Shown here: one piece after another, positions 11,484 through 24,274 of the stretch
Layout: every line of letters starts with the position of its first letter
How positions within the stretch are numbered: position 1 is the stretch's first letter
Assembly (NCBI RefSeq): GCF_006345805.1
Contig: NW_021830460.1
Span: forward strand, 15,321-79,320
Direction: 5' to 3'
Origin: Octopus sinensis
Lineage: Eukaryota
DNA length: 64,000 nucleotides
Notes under the pieces: generated by a model
What the model was told of the DNA's origin: nothing
What the model saw: the letters and a program-made list of their open reading frames with translations, nothing else
The model's database searches: none
Made by a program: the position numbers and the translations under genes

Positions 11484-12660
11484 TCTAAATTCTTTTGGAA
11501 GGTACGCGCTTCAATGGTCAGGCGGTCAGTCTACTGCCAGGAATCCTCTGAGTGGCGGATTAGGTATGCCGTCACTCTTAATGCGCAAACACGTACTGGA
11601 CGGTGATCGTGTGTGGGCTCCGTTTGTGAGGCTTGTCTTTCCGTGTCTCGTCTCCTTGACAGAGCTGCAGTCCTGGGTGAAGAAAAGATCGCGACTGGGC
11701 GCCTAGCACCTAGAATGTCGTCAGGTGCCCACAGCCCTCTACCAGTCGGGTAATGGGATCGGTAGATGTCCCGCTTTAGTAATTTATAGATGATTAGTGG
11801 AGGAGAATTTCAACGACGTTCTTGGTGAGACTTTGGGCGTCGACGGAAACAAACTGGCTACTCTGTTCCAAAGGACTTTCCGGTCAGGAACTAAGATGGA
11901 TAATTTCCAGATGTCCTTGGCCTGGCAGTGCTACGGTTCGAGATAAACTCTACAGCCATCGATGTACTGTCAGACGGACTTGTCCTAGGTGCGCGCAGAG
12001 TGACGAAAGCGTTCTGCACGCACTCGTTCAGAGTCCGGGCATTGCTCACTTGTGGGGTTATGTCGAACAGCTGCTGTCACGTGTGCGACGGATCCGTTTG
12101 TCGGCCGAGTCTGTAGTGATGATCGCCCGCCGCTCTCCTTCAGTCGAGCAGGCAGGCAGTTTTCCCTTGCCTGGTGACTGTGGTGAAAGAGGTTGCTGAA
12201 AGACAGATACATTCTCTTTGTTAGATCTCTCATTGACTTCTTCAAGTTAACTTGAAAAGGAAACTTAGAGTTGAGAGGGAAGTGCTGTCCTCGAGAGAGT
12301 TTATTGAAAGGTGGGTGAAAGTTGCGAAAATGGCGAGAGTGGATGGTATCTCGCTAAGTGTAGACCTGTGAGTCGGACACAAGGAATTGGAGAGGGCACT
12401 TGCTCCTAGGGTTTCAGAAGAATCTTGGAGAGTAGGGTTCTTCGATTATCTCTAGAGGCCTTCTGTATCTGGAGGGTCACATCTCTATCATCCTCCCCGC
12501 CATCTTTTTTCTCTCAACTATTGTATGCTATGCATGTCCCTTATTTTTCAGTGTCTACCGTTTATACTTACTTTCTTTTCTTCTTTTATCATTCCATTAT
12601 ATGTAAAACCCCCACACTTTATGTCTGTCTCCTTCATCCGTAACCCTTGTGGCAAATAAA
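11483..12660 (+). mobile_element. 5'-truncated L1/Tx1-like element (zf-RVT region + 3' UTR)
   Basis: DNFQMSLAWQCY/..RDKLYSH..RTCPRCAQSDESVLHALVQ(S/C)P..LW, a CxxC..E..H..C knuckle; ends AATAAA then (ATC)n(ATT)n. Confidence 0.75.
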
Positions 12661-12725
12661 TGAAATCATCATCATCATCATCATCATCATCTCATCATCA
12701 TCATCATCATTATTATTATTATTAT

Positions 12726-12758
<33 letters not shown>

Positions 12759-12785
12759 TTATTATTTTATTATTATTATTATTAT

Positions 12786-12985
12786 ACCTCTATATACAAT
12801 ATTAACGCCCACACTTTTCATTGTATACTGTGGATACTTATATTTTATATATTATATATACTTATATATTATATATATTATATATTATATATAAACCCCA
12901 CACTTTATGTCTGTCTTTAGACTGTCCCCCTCATCATTCACCCATGTGGCATATAACTGAAGTCCTCCTCATCATCATCATCATC
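12786..12985 (+). mobile_element. 3' UTR of a second, related Tx1-like family
   Basis: Shares CCCCACACTTTATGTCTGTCT and CCC(A/T)TGTGGCA(T/A)ATAA(C/A)TGAA with 12607-12664 and also ends in (ATC)n; duplicate at ~19424-19624. Confidence 0.55.
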
Positions 12986-13404
12986 TTTCAATTTTGTTTC
13001 CATTTCTTACCGAGTGTCTTCCAAACACATGGGCCAAAGAATGCGCAGTTTCGGGGAAGTGAAAGGGAAATTCGAGAAATCAAAGCCTATTAGATTAAAA
13101 AAAAGAAAGTGCTTGAAAATGGCGCCCTCTACACTTTTGACAATAGCCACAGCTGCTGATTCTACACTTTTATCTGATCTCCAAACATTTGTTACACACA
13201 GATCCGTATTTAGTTCAAAAACATTCGGGATGTATATTACATTTAATGATCGGATGAGTTCTTAGAAAACTTACTATAAAATGTTATAAAACAGGTTTTT
13301 TATTGTTTTGTAAATCGGAAATGTTTGTTTAGGTTGGACAATAAGTAAACAACATTTACGTCAACTAGTAGACATCGGTCACATTCAGACGAATAATAAT
13401 AATG

Positions 13405-13474
<70 letters not shown>

Positions 13475-13652
13475 CAACAACAACAACAACAATAATAAAA
13501 TAATATTTTAAAAGAATAGACGTAACTCTTGGCAAAGGTAAACAGTCAACACACTCTTCGTCTTGACTAATGATGATGATGATGATGATAACAATAATAC
13601 TAATAATAATAATAATAACAACAACAACAAGAACAAGAGCAACAACAACAAC

Positions 13653-13753
<101 letters not shown>

Positions 13754-13764
13754 TAATAATAATA

Positions 13765-14186
13765 AAGGCAAACAGACCAGATATAGTTGTCAGAGATCAT
13801 GAAGAAAAAAAATGCTTTCTAATTGATGTATCAATACCGGCAGATGACAACGTGTCTCTAAAAGAAATGGAGAAACTCTCAAAATACAAAGACCTGGAAA
13901 TAGAGGTAACTAGAATGTGGAATCTGAAAACAGAAACAATTCCTATCATAGTAGGTGCATTAGGCATGATAAAATAATATTCAGACAAATACCAAAAACA
14001 CACCAGGACTTACAAACACATATAACATACAGAAAATTGCACTACTAGACACTGCACACAACCTACGCAGAACACTTTCCAAACAATAACCATCAGAGCA
14101 TCACAACAAATCACAGCACATACCCAAGCACACAGAGCTGCGCTCGGTAGTGAATTGAAAGCACGCTATAAAAATAAAACTACTGA
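13765..14186 (+). mobile_element. Short 5'-truncated family A copy (endonuclease C-terminus + 3' UTR)
   Basis: ANRPDIVVRDHEEKKCFLIDVSIPADDNVSLKEMEKLSKYKDL; (AAT)n on both sides. Confidence 0.9.
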
Positions 14187-14321
14187 ATAATAATAATAAT
14201 AATAATAATATAATAATAATAATAATAAATAATATAATAATAAAATAATAATATAATAATAATAATTATAATAATAATTATAATAATAATAATAATAATA
14301 ATATAATAATAATATAATAAT

Positions 14322-15240
14322 AAGGCAAATATGTGACCCGCAGCAAACAAGCTGATGTTGACCAGAAGTAAACCCATCAGTGGCTGCGGAGCTCAGGGCT
14401 AAAAGCAGAGAGCGAAGGTTTCATCCTGGCTGCTCAAGACCAAAGCCTATGAACCCGGACTACCAGGCCAATGTGATGAAAAATGGAGCAGACCCAAAAT
14501 GCCGATTCTGCAACGACATGATTGAAACAGTGGACCACCTAATCTCTGGATGTAAAGTATTAGCACCAGTGGTGTATAAATTAAGACATGACAGAGTTGG
14601 CCAATATCTCCACTGGCTAATAAGTCGGCATTACAATATCAAAACTGCCGACAAGTGGTATAATCACCACCCTGAGGCTGTAACTGAAGGAGAAAATGTA
14701 ACCATTCTGTGGGACTTTCCAGTACATACAGACCGAACCATCAAGGCCAATAAACCAATATTGTTGTGAAAGACCAAAACAATAAAGTTTGCTTATTGAT
14801 CGACATGAGCATCCCCTGTGATCATAATATCTCAGCGAAAGAGTTTGACAAGCTCAGAAAATATAAAGACCTGCTCATTGAAATTGAGAAAATGTGGCAT
14901 CTCAAGGCGGTTACAATACCAGTGATCGTAGGAGCACTAGGAATGAACAAGAAGGGAACCGAAAATTATATGAGAATGATCCCTGGCTTACCATCCCTGC
15001 AAGAAGTGCAAAAGATTGTCTTAACTGTACATCACACGTATTGAGAAGCATTGTCGATGTGAGAACTGTTGCTGCTCATGCATTTTAATTTAACTTTAAA
15101 AAAAAAAAAAAAAAAAAAATGAACGAACTACTGAGTTTGGTTTAATGGCCTACCAATATATACTATGAGTTTCTTTGCCCTAGGAGTCGGAAAGACACTC
15201 GGCAAGAAATGGAAGAAAATTTGAAAGAAGAAAAAAAAAG
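14322..15240 (+). mobile_element. 5'-truncated family C R4/Dong-like copy
   Basis: CRFCNDMIETVDHLISGC knuckle, RHD, LIDMSIPCDHN, KLRKYKDL; matches 35025-35914. Confidence 0.9.
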
Positions 15241-15273
15241 TATATAATATAATAATAATAATGATAATAATAC

Positions 15274-15613
15274 GACTAAAAATACCTGTTGTCATATCAT
15301 GGGAATGATAGCAAAGGGGGCTGACCGCTACCTAACTCAGAAACCAGGAAACTCCAAAATGGCAGAAATTCAAAAGATAGTGCTCATGGGAACTGTTCAT
15401 ATCCTACGCAACATACTTTCTATGTAATCTCAAGTTTTAAAACATACATAATTTTTTTTTCTTAAGGCATTCACTAGTACAACACTAAATACAATACCAA
15501 ATATATGGCACACTAGGCATAACAACAATACGAACTTCCAACCTGTTGTCTCTTGAGATCTCTGGGTGAGACTTGGAGCCAACTTGTACAAATATAAAGC
15601 AAAAGTCAAACAT
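15274..15613 (+). mobile_element. Short 5'-truncated family D-related copy
   Basis: Similar to 27910-28260 (MAEIQKIVLMGT + 3' UTR) with subfamily differences; (AAT)n on both sides. Confidence 0.85.
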
Positions 15614-15870
15614 ATAATAATGATAATAATAATAATTAATAATAATAATAATAATAATATAATAATAATAATAATAATAATGATGATGATGATGATGATA
15701 ATAATAATAATAATAATAATATAATAATATAATAATAATATATTAATATAATAATAATAAACCAAATAATAATAATAATAATAAAAATAATATAATAACA
15801 ATAATAATAAAAATAATAATAATAATAATATAATAATAATAATAAAAATAATAATAAATAATAATAATAA

Positions 15871-15925
<55 letters not shown>

Positions 15926-15926
<1 letters not shown>

Positions 15927-17952
15927 GATCCTTGAAACACTAGCCATTAACAAAGTAGCACCAACAATCATAAAATTCATAGAGGACTCTATTATAAATG
16001 GCAAAATGTCCTGCACCTCCAAACAAAAGAGGGACTCATGAAAACTAAAGACATCCCCATTAGAAGAGGAATATTCCAGGGAGACACGCTCTCTCCACTC
16101 CTTTTCTGCTTGGCACTGTCACCTCTATCTGATATGCTAAATAGAACTGGATGCGGATATAAATGTTACGGCAAAACGATCAGCCACCTTTTATATATGG
16201 CTGACCTAAAACTATACCGCTGCAAATGACAAACAGCTGGAAACACTATTAAAGACAGTTCATGGATTTACCAAAGAAATAGATATGAAATTTGGATTAG
16301 AAAAATGCGCCAAAGTAACCATGAAAAGAGGAAAACTAGTTAAGAGTAACAACATCACACTAGATAAAACCAATGAAATAAAAGAATTAGACCAAAGCCA
16401 AACTTACAAATACTTAGGAATCCATGAACTAAATAAAACACAACACACACAAATGAAAGAGAAAGTAAAAAAAGAATATTATAGACGAGTTAGATCAATA
16501 CTAAACACACAGCTCAATGCTGAAAACAAGATAATAGGTATCAACACTTTAGCTGTCCCAGTTATAAGTTACAGCTAAAATATCCTTAACTGGACACGAA
16601 ATGAACTGACCAAAATAGATAGGAAAACAAGAAAAATAATGACAGGATCTAGGATGCATCACCCAAAATCTGACATAGAAAGACTATATATACAACGTAT
16701 AGAAGGTGGTAGAGGCCTTATACAGCTGGAAAACTACTATAAAATAACCACCATAGGACTGCAAAAATATCTACTTCAGAAGAAGGAAAACTGATCCAGA
16801 TAGCGGCAAAACACGAGCAAAAACAAAAACTGTTCTCAGTATTTAAGGAAGCTGACAAATACAAACAAAAATCAACATACCACCTAATAAATATGAAAGA
16901 AGAATAAGAAGAAGAAGAAGAGAAGAAGAAGAAGAAGAAGAAGAAGAAGAAGAAGAAGAAGAAGAAGAGAGAAGAAGAAGAAGAAGAAAGAAGAAGAAGA
17001 AGAATAAAAGAAGAAGAAGAAGAAGAAGAACAACAAAAGCTATAAAACAAATGAAATCCAAACTAAAAATAGAACAGCAACGAACCATGATAAAACGATG
17101 GCAAGAAAAGCCCCTTCATGGTAATACTGGACTAAACTAAACGCAAAAGAAAGACAAAGAAAATCCCAGCAATGGTTGAGAAGCTCAGGACTCAAAGCAG
17201 AAACAGAGGGATTTTTAATTGCAGCACAAGACCAGAGCCTCCCCACCAGAATTACCAAAAACATGTAATGAAAAGAATATTACAAGTAACTGCAGAATAT
17301 GTAGAGATGGACAAGAAACAATAAATCATATTATCTCTAGCTGCCCAGTCCTGGCTAAGAAGAATATATTCACAGACATGACAGAGTTGGAACCTACATA
17401 CATTGGAAGCTATGCCAACATTATGGAATAACAACAGAAAAAAATTGGTATAGGCACACCACCAGAAAAGGTCACAGAAAACGAGAAAGCAACCATACTC
17501 TGGGATATGCCGATAACACAGACAGAGAAATTAAGGCCAACAGACCAGATATAGTTGTCAGAGACCATGAAGAAAAAAACGCTTTCTAATTGATGTATCA
17601 ATACCGGCAGATGACAACGTGTCTCTAAAAGAAATGGAGAAACTCTCAAAATACAAAGACCCGCAAATAGAGATAACTAGAATGTGGAATCTGAAAACAG
17701 AAACAATTCCTATCATAGTAGGTGCATTAGGCATGATAAAAAATATTCAGACAAATACATAACAAAAACACCAGGACTTACAAACACATATAGCATACAG
17801 AAAATTGCACTACTAGGCACTGCACACATCCTAAGCAGAACACTTTCCATACAATAACCATCAAAGCATCACAACAAATCACAGCACATACCCAAGCACA
17901 CAGCTGCGCTCGGTAGTGAAGTGAAAGCACGTTATAAAAATAAAACTACTGA
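15926..17952 (+). mobile_element. 5'-truncated family A copy 3
   Basis: Same 5' truncation point (GGATCCT) as 9411; carries a long internal (GAA)n at ~16895-17035. Confidence 0.92.
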
Positions 17953-18060
17953 ATAATAATAATATAATAATAATAAAATAATAATAATATAGATGGGTAT
18001 ATTGGGCTTCGAATATTTTACCCCAGTGTCACTTTGATGGCATGCACTGCTCTCTCACTC

Positions 18061-18105
<45 letters not shown>

Positions 18106-18106
<1 letters not shown>

Positions 18107-19288
18107 TCTAAATTCTTTTGGAAGGTACGCGCTTCAATGGTCAGGCGGTCAGTCTACTGCCAGGAATCCTCTGAGTGGCGGATTAGGTATGCCGTCACTC
18201 TTAATGCGCAAACACGTACTGGACGGTGATCGTGTGTGGGCTCCGTTTGTGAGGCTTGTCTTTCCGTGTCTCGTCTCCTTGACAGAGCTGCAGTCCTGGG
18301 TGAAGAAAGATCGCGACTGGCGCCTAGCACCTAGAATGTCGTCAGGTGCCCACAGCCCTCTACCAGTCGGGTAATGGGATCGGTAGATGTCCCGCTTTAG
18401 TAATTTATAGATGATTAGTGGAGGAGAATTTCAACGACGTTCTTGGTGAGACTTTGGGCGTCGACGGAAACAAACTGGCTACTCTGTTCCAAAGGACTTT
18501 CCGGTCAGGAACTAAGATGGATAATTTCCAGATGTCCTTGGCCTGGCAGTGCTACCGGTTCGAGATAAACTCTACAGCCATCGATGTACTGTCAGACGGA
18601 CTTGTCCTAGGTGCGCGCAGAGTGACGAAAGCGTTCTGCACGCACTCGTTCAGAGTCCGGGCATTGCTCACTTGTGGGGTTATGTCGAACAGCTGCTGTC
18701 ACGTGTGCGACGGATCCGTTTGTCGGCCGAGTCTGTAGTGATGATCGCCCGCCGCTCTCCTTCAGTCGAGCAGGCAAGGCAGTTTTCCCTTGCCTGGTGA
18801 CTGTGGTGAAAGAGGTTGCTGAAAGACAGATACATTCTTCTTTGTTAGATCTCTCATTGACTTCTTCAAGTTTAACTTGAAAAGGAAACTTAGAGTTGAG
18901 AGGGAAGTGCTGTCCTCGAGAGAGTTTATTGAAAGGTGGGTGAAAGTTGCGAAAATGGCGAGAGTGGATGGTATCTCGCTAAGTGTAGACCTGTGAGTCG
19001 GACACAAGGAATTGGAGAGGGCACTTGCTCCTAGGGTTTCAGAAGAATCTTGGAGAGTAGGGTTCTTCGATTATCTCTAGAGGCCTTCCTGTATCTGGAG
19101 GGTCACATCTCTATCATCCTCCCCGCCATCTTTTTTTCTCTCAACTATTGTATGCTATGCATATGTCCCTTATTTTTCAGTGTCTACCGTTTATACTTAC
19201 TTTCTTTTCTTCTTTTATCATTCCATTATATGTAAACCCCCACACTTTATGTCTGTCTCCTTCATCCGTAACCCTTGTGGCAAATAAA
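18106..19288 (+). mobile_element. Duplicate of the Tx1-like fragment at 11483-12660
   Basis: Near-identical, same truncation point; ORF 18549-18800 carries the CPRC..ESVLH knuckle. Confidence 0.75.
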
Positions 19289-19290
19289 TG

Positions 19291-19412
<122 letters not shown>

Positions 19413-20028
19413 TTATTATTATACCTCTATATACAATATTAACGGCCCACACTTTTCATTGTATACTGTGGATACTTATATTTTATATATTATATATACT
19501 TATATATTATATATATTATATATTATATATAAACCCCACACTTTATGTCTGTCTTTAGACTGTCCCCCTCATCATTCACCCATGTGGCATATAACTGAAG
19601 TCCTCCTCATCATCATCATCATCTTTCAATTTTGTTTCCATTTCTTACCGAGTGTCTTCCAAACACCTGGGCCAAAGAATGCGCAGTTTCGAGGAAGTGA
19701 AAGGGAAATTCGAGAGATCAAAGCCTATTAGATTTAAAAAAAGAAAGTGCTTGAAAATGGCGCCCTCTACACTTTTGACAATAGCCACAGCTGCTGATTC
19801 TACACTTTTATCTGATCTCCAAACATTTGTTACACACAGATCCGTATTTAGTTCAAAAACATTCGGGATGTATATTACATTTAATGATCGGATGAGTTCT
19901 TAGAAAACTTACTATAAAATGTTATAAAACAGGTTTTTTATTGTTCTGTAAATCGGAAATGTTTGTTTAGGTTGGACAATAAGTAAACAACATTTACGTC
20001 AACTAGTAGACATCGGTCACATTCAGAC

Positions 20029-20093
<65 letters not shown>

Positions 20094-20095
<2 letters not shown>

Positions 20096-20514
20096 GGCCA
20101 ACAGACCAGATATAGTTGTCAGAGATCATGAAGAAAAAAAATGCTTTCTAATTGATGTATCAATACCGGCAGATGACAACGTGTCTCTAAAAGAAATGGA
20201 GAAACTCTCAAAATACAAAGACCTGGAAATAGAGGTAACTAGAATGTGGAATCTGAAAACAGAAACAATTCCTATCATAGTAGGTGCATTAGGCATGATA
20301 AAAAAATATTCAGACAAATACATAACAAAAACACCAGGACTTACAAACACATATAACATACAGAAAATTGCACTACTAGGCACTGCACACATCCTACGCA
20401 GAACACTTTCCAAACAATAACCATCAGAGCATCACAACAAATCACAGCACATACCCAAGGCACACAGAGCTGCGCTCGGTAGTGAATTGAAAGCACGCTA
20501 TAAAAATAAAACTA

Positions 20515-20518
<4 letters not shown>
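20094..20518 (+). mobile_element. Short family A copy (duplicate of 13765-14186)
   Basis: ORF 20181-20420 ends GTAHILRRTLSKQ; same boundaries as 13765-14186. Confidence 0.9.
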
Positions 20519-20556
<38 letters not shown>

Positions 20557-20567
20557 TAATAATAATA

Positions 20568-20651
<84 letters not shown>

Positions 20652-20652
<1 letters not shown>

Positions 20653-21573
20653 CGGCAAATATGTGACCCGCAGCAAACAAGCTGATGTTGACCAGAAGCA
20701 ACCCATCAGTGGCTGCGGAGCTCAGGGCTAAAAGCAGAGTGCGAAGGTTTCATCCTGGCTGCTCAAGACCAAAGCCTATGAACCCGGAACTACCAGGCCA
20801 ATGTGATGAAAAATGGAGCAGACCCAAAATGCCGATTCTGCAACGACATGATTGAAACAGTGGACCACCTAATCTCTGGATGTAAAGTATTAGCACCAGT
20901 GGTGTATAAATTAAGACATGACAGAGTTGGCCAATATCTCCACTGGCTAATAAGTCGGCATTACAATATCAAAACTGCCGACAAGTGGTATAATCACCAC
21001 CCTGAGGCTGTAACTGAAGGAGAAAATGTAACCATTCTGTGGGACTTTCCAGTACATACAGACCGAACCATCAAGGCCAATAACCAGATATTGTTGTGAA
21101 AGACCAAAACAATAAAGTTTGCTTATTGATCGACATGAGCATCCCCTGTGATCATAATATCTCAGCGAAAGAGTTTGACAAGCTCAGAAAATATAAAGAC
21201 CTACTCATTGAAATTGAGAAAATGTGGCATCTCAAGGCGGTTACAATACCAGTGATCGTAGGAGCACTAGGAATGAACAAGAAGGGAACCGAAAATTATA
21301 TGAGAATGATCCCTGGCTTACCATCCCTGCAAGAAGTGCAAAAGATTGTCTTAACTGGTACATCACACGTATTGAGAAGAGCATTGTCGATGTGAGAACT
21401 GTTGCTGCTCATGCATTTTAATTTAACTTTAATAAAAAAAAAAAAAAAAAAATGGACGAACTACTGAGTTTGGTTTAATGGCCTAGCAATATATACTATG
21501 AGTTTCTTTGCCCTAGGAGTCGGGAAGACACTCGGCAAGAAATGGAAGAAAATTTGAAAGAAGAAAAAAAAAG
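20652..21573 (+). mobile_element. 5'-truncated family C copy (duplicate of 14322-15240)
   Basis: ORFs 20803-21099 and 21096-21395 with knuckle and endonuclease motifs. Confidence 0.9.
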
Positions 21574-21607
21574 TAATAATAATAATAATAATAATAATGA
21601 TAATAAT

Positions 21608-21951
21608 AAGACTAAAACAATACCTGTTGTCATATCATGGGAATGATAGCAAAAGGGGGCTGACCGCTACCTAACTCAGAAACCAGGAAACTCCAAAATG
21701 GCAGAAATTCAAAAGATAGTGCTCATGGGAACTGTTCATATCCTACGCAACATACTTTCTATGTAATCTCAAGTTTTAAAACATACATAATTTTTTTTCT
21801 TAAGGCATTCACTAGTACAACACTAAATACAATACCAAATATATGGCACACTAGGCATAACAACAATACGAACTTCCAACCTGTTGTCTCTTGAGATCTC
21901 TGGGTGAGACTTGGAGCCAACTTGTACAAATATAAAGCAAAAGTCAAACAT
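21608..21951 (+). mobile_element. Short family D-related copy (duplicate of 15274-15613)
   Basis: Sequence identity and same boundaries. Confidence 0.85.
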
Positions 21952-21958
21952 AATAATG

Positions 21959-22031
<73 letters not shown>

Positions 22032-22045
22032 TGATGATGATGATG

Positions 22046-22136
<91 letters not shown>

Positions 22137-22149
22137 TAATAATAATGAT

Positions 22150-22708
22150 AAAATGCCCTGATGCAGTACCAGACAGTGGCTCTCATGACTTCTGATCTTA
22201 ACTGATTGCAAGTGTTATTATGTACATTGTTTTGTCTTGGCATAAAAGATGGGCCACAGCAAATATTCTGCTCAATACCACAGATTTGCTTGTCAGTTGT
22301 TTGACCATAACCGCTTGAGCATGTCCCTCAGTGGATGATGATATGTGCATCTCTGATCATAAGCAGAAGTAGTGGGGGAGCATCATAGCCGTGTGTTGAA
22401 AGAAATTCTTAGAGGTCTGGATAATTCCCCTTTGGAAACCTGAGTGCTTCGTTCAGCATCCTTAAACAACCCTTATTCAGAGACCTTTTGAGCGGGATGG
22501 GTTACTCGACCTGAAGAAAATCCCAACTGGACCCCACCTGCAAGGTCATGTGCTGTTTATCTTGATATGAGATCACCATGTCATGCACATACGCTTGTGA
22601 TGTATGTGCCTGGTGTACCCTTATCAGACGGGTAGTGATGATGGGTATACTGGGCTTCGTATATTTTACCCCAATGTCACTTTGATGGCATGCACTGCTC
22701 TCTCAGTC
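22150..22708 (+). mobile_element. Non-coding (AAT)-tailed retroelement, family F (559 bp)
   Basis: No long ORF; fixed 3' end ..GCACTGCTCTCTCAGTC + (AAT)n shared with the 69-bp tips at 11371 and 17992. Confidence 0.7.
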
Positions 22709-22784
<76 letters not shown>

Positions 22785-22797
22785 TAATAATAATGAT

Positions 22798-23356
22798 AAA
22801 ATGCCCTGATGCAGTACCAGACAGTGGCTCTCATGACTTCTGATCTTAACTGATTGCAAGTGTTATTATGTACATTGTTTTGTCTTGGCATAAAAGATGG
22901 GCCACAGCAAATATTCTGCTCAATACCACAGATTTGCTTGTCAGTTGTTTGACCATAACCGCTTGAGCATGTCCCTCAGTGGATGATGATATGTGCATCT
23001 CTGATCATAAGCAGAAGTAGTGGGGGAGCATCATAGCCGTGTGTTGAAAGAAATTCTTAGAGGTCTGGATAATTCCCCTTTGGAAACCTGAGTGCTTCGT
23101 TCAGCATCCTTAAACAACCCTTATTCAGAGACCTTTTGAGCGGGATGGGTTACTCGACCTGAAGAAAATCCCAACTGGACCCCACCTGCAAGGTCATGTG
23201 CTGTTTATCTTGATATGAGATCACCATGTCATGCACATACGCTTGTGATGTATGTGCCTGGTGTACCCTTATCAGACGGGTAGTGATGATGGGTATACTG
23301 GGCTTCGTATATTTTACCCCAATGTCACTTTGATGGCATGCACTGCTCTCTCAGTC
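22798..23356 (+). mobile_element. Tandem duplicate of family F element
   Basis: No differences spotted versus 22150-22708 (period 648 bp); same preceding imperfect microsatellite. Confidence 0.75.
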
Positions 23357-23375
23357 AATAATAATAATAATAATA

Positions 23376-23418
<43 letters not shown>

Positions 23419-24274
23419 TAATAATAATAATAAGTGAGTAATTTGAATTTCCCTCAAAATAAGTTAAGGAACTTACATATCTACAGCTCATACGTACACC
23501 TAATAAGAAAAATTAGAAACATAATATCTCCAATTTTGTGTGAACATTTAGTCGTCTCTCATGACTATAAGAATGTGTAAAATTGCCTTTTATTGTAACA
23601 ACACTATTAAATGCATGATAAAAAATTATGGAATTAAGCACCTGCTAATATATACATACAACTGAATTCAGAAATTTAAAAGATATATACATAACATTGA
23701 ATTCAGAAATTTAAAAAATCCTCGACGTGAACATCAGATAATATGTGTGTGAGTATACATATACATATACATATGTATGTGGAAAGGAAGAAAAGAGAAA
23801 GGAAAAAAATAATAAATGTAAACAGGTTTGACCTTTTACTGACCATTAATGTCCTTTGCTATTCGGCTATCTCTCCATCATCTGCTGAATCTATTTATAG
23901 ACACATAGAACATGACCTCTTTAACTAACTATTCCCCCACACAATGGCAGTAGTGGTGATGATGGCGAAAATGATAGGAACAAAAATAACAATAATAAGA
24001 TACTGCCGTGACTGCACATACAACAATATCATTGATGATGATGATGGTGATGGTGATGTTGATTATGATGATGATGGTGATGGTGATAGTAATAACAATA
24101 ATAACTGACAGATCCCTTTTTTTTTCTCCGTATTTTATTCTCATTATTTCGAACTAATACAGGCAGAGTGAGCCTTTTATAAATTTAAAAGAGGAAGGGA
24201 AAAGAAGGAAGAAAAAAGGGGAAGAAGGAGAAAGAGAGAAAGAGAGAGGAAAAAAGGAAGAGAAGGAGAAAAAA

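Noticed and set aside
22150-22200. Hammerhead at the start of family F (CTGATGC) and at 30768 (CTGATAA)
   Set aside because: No helix II-GAAA-UH arrangement follows either core-like word.
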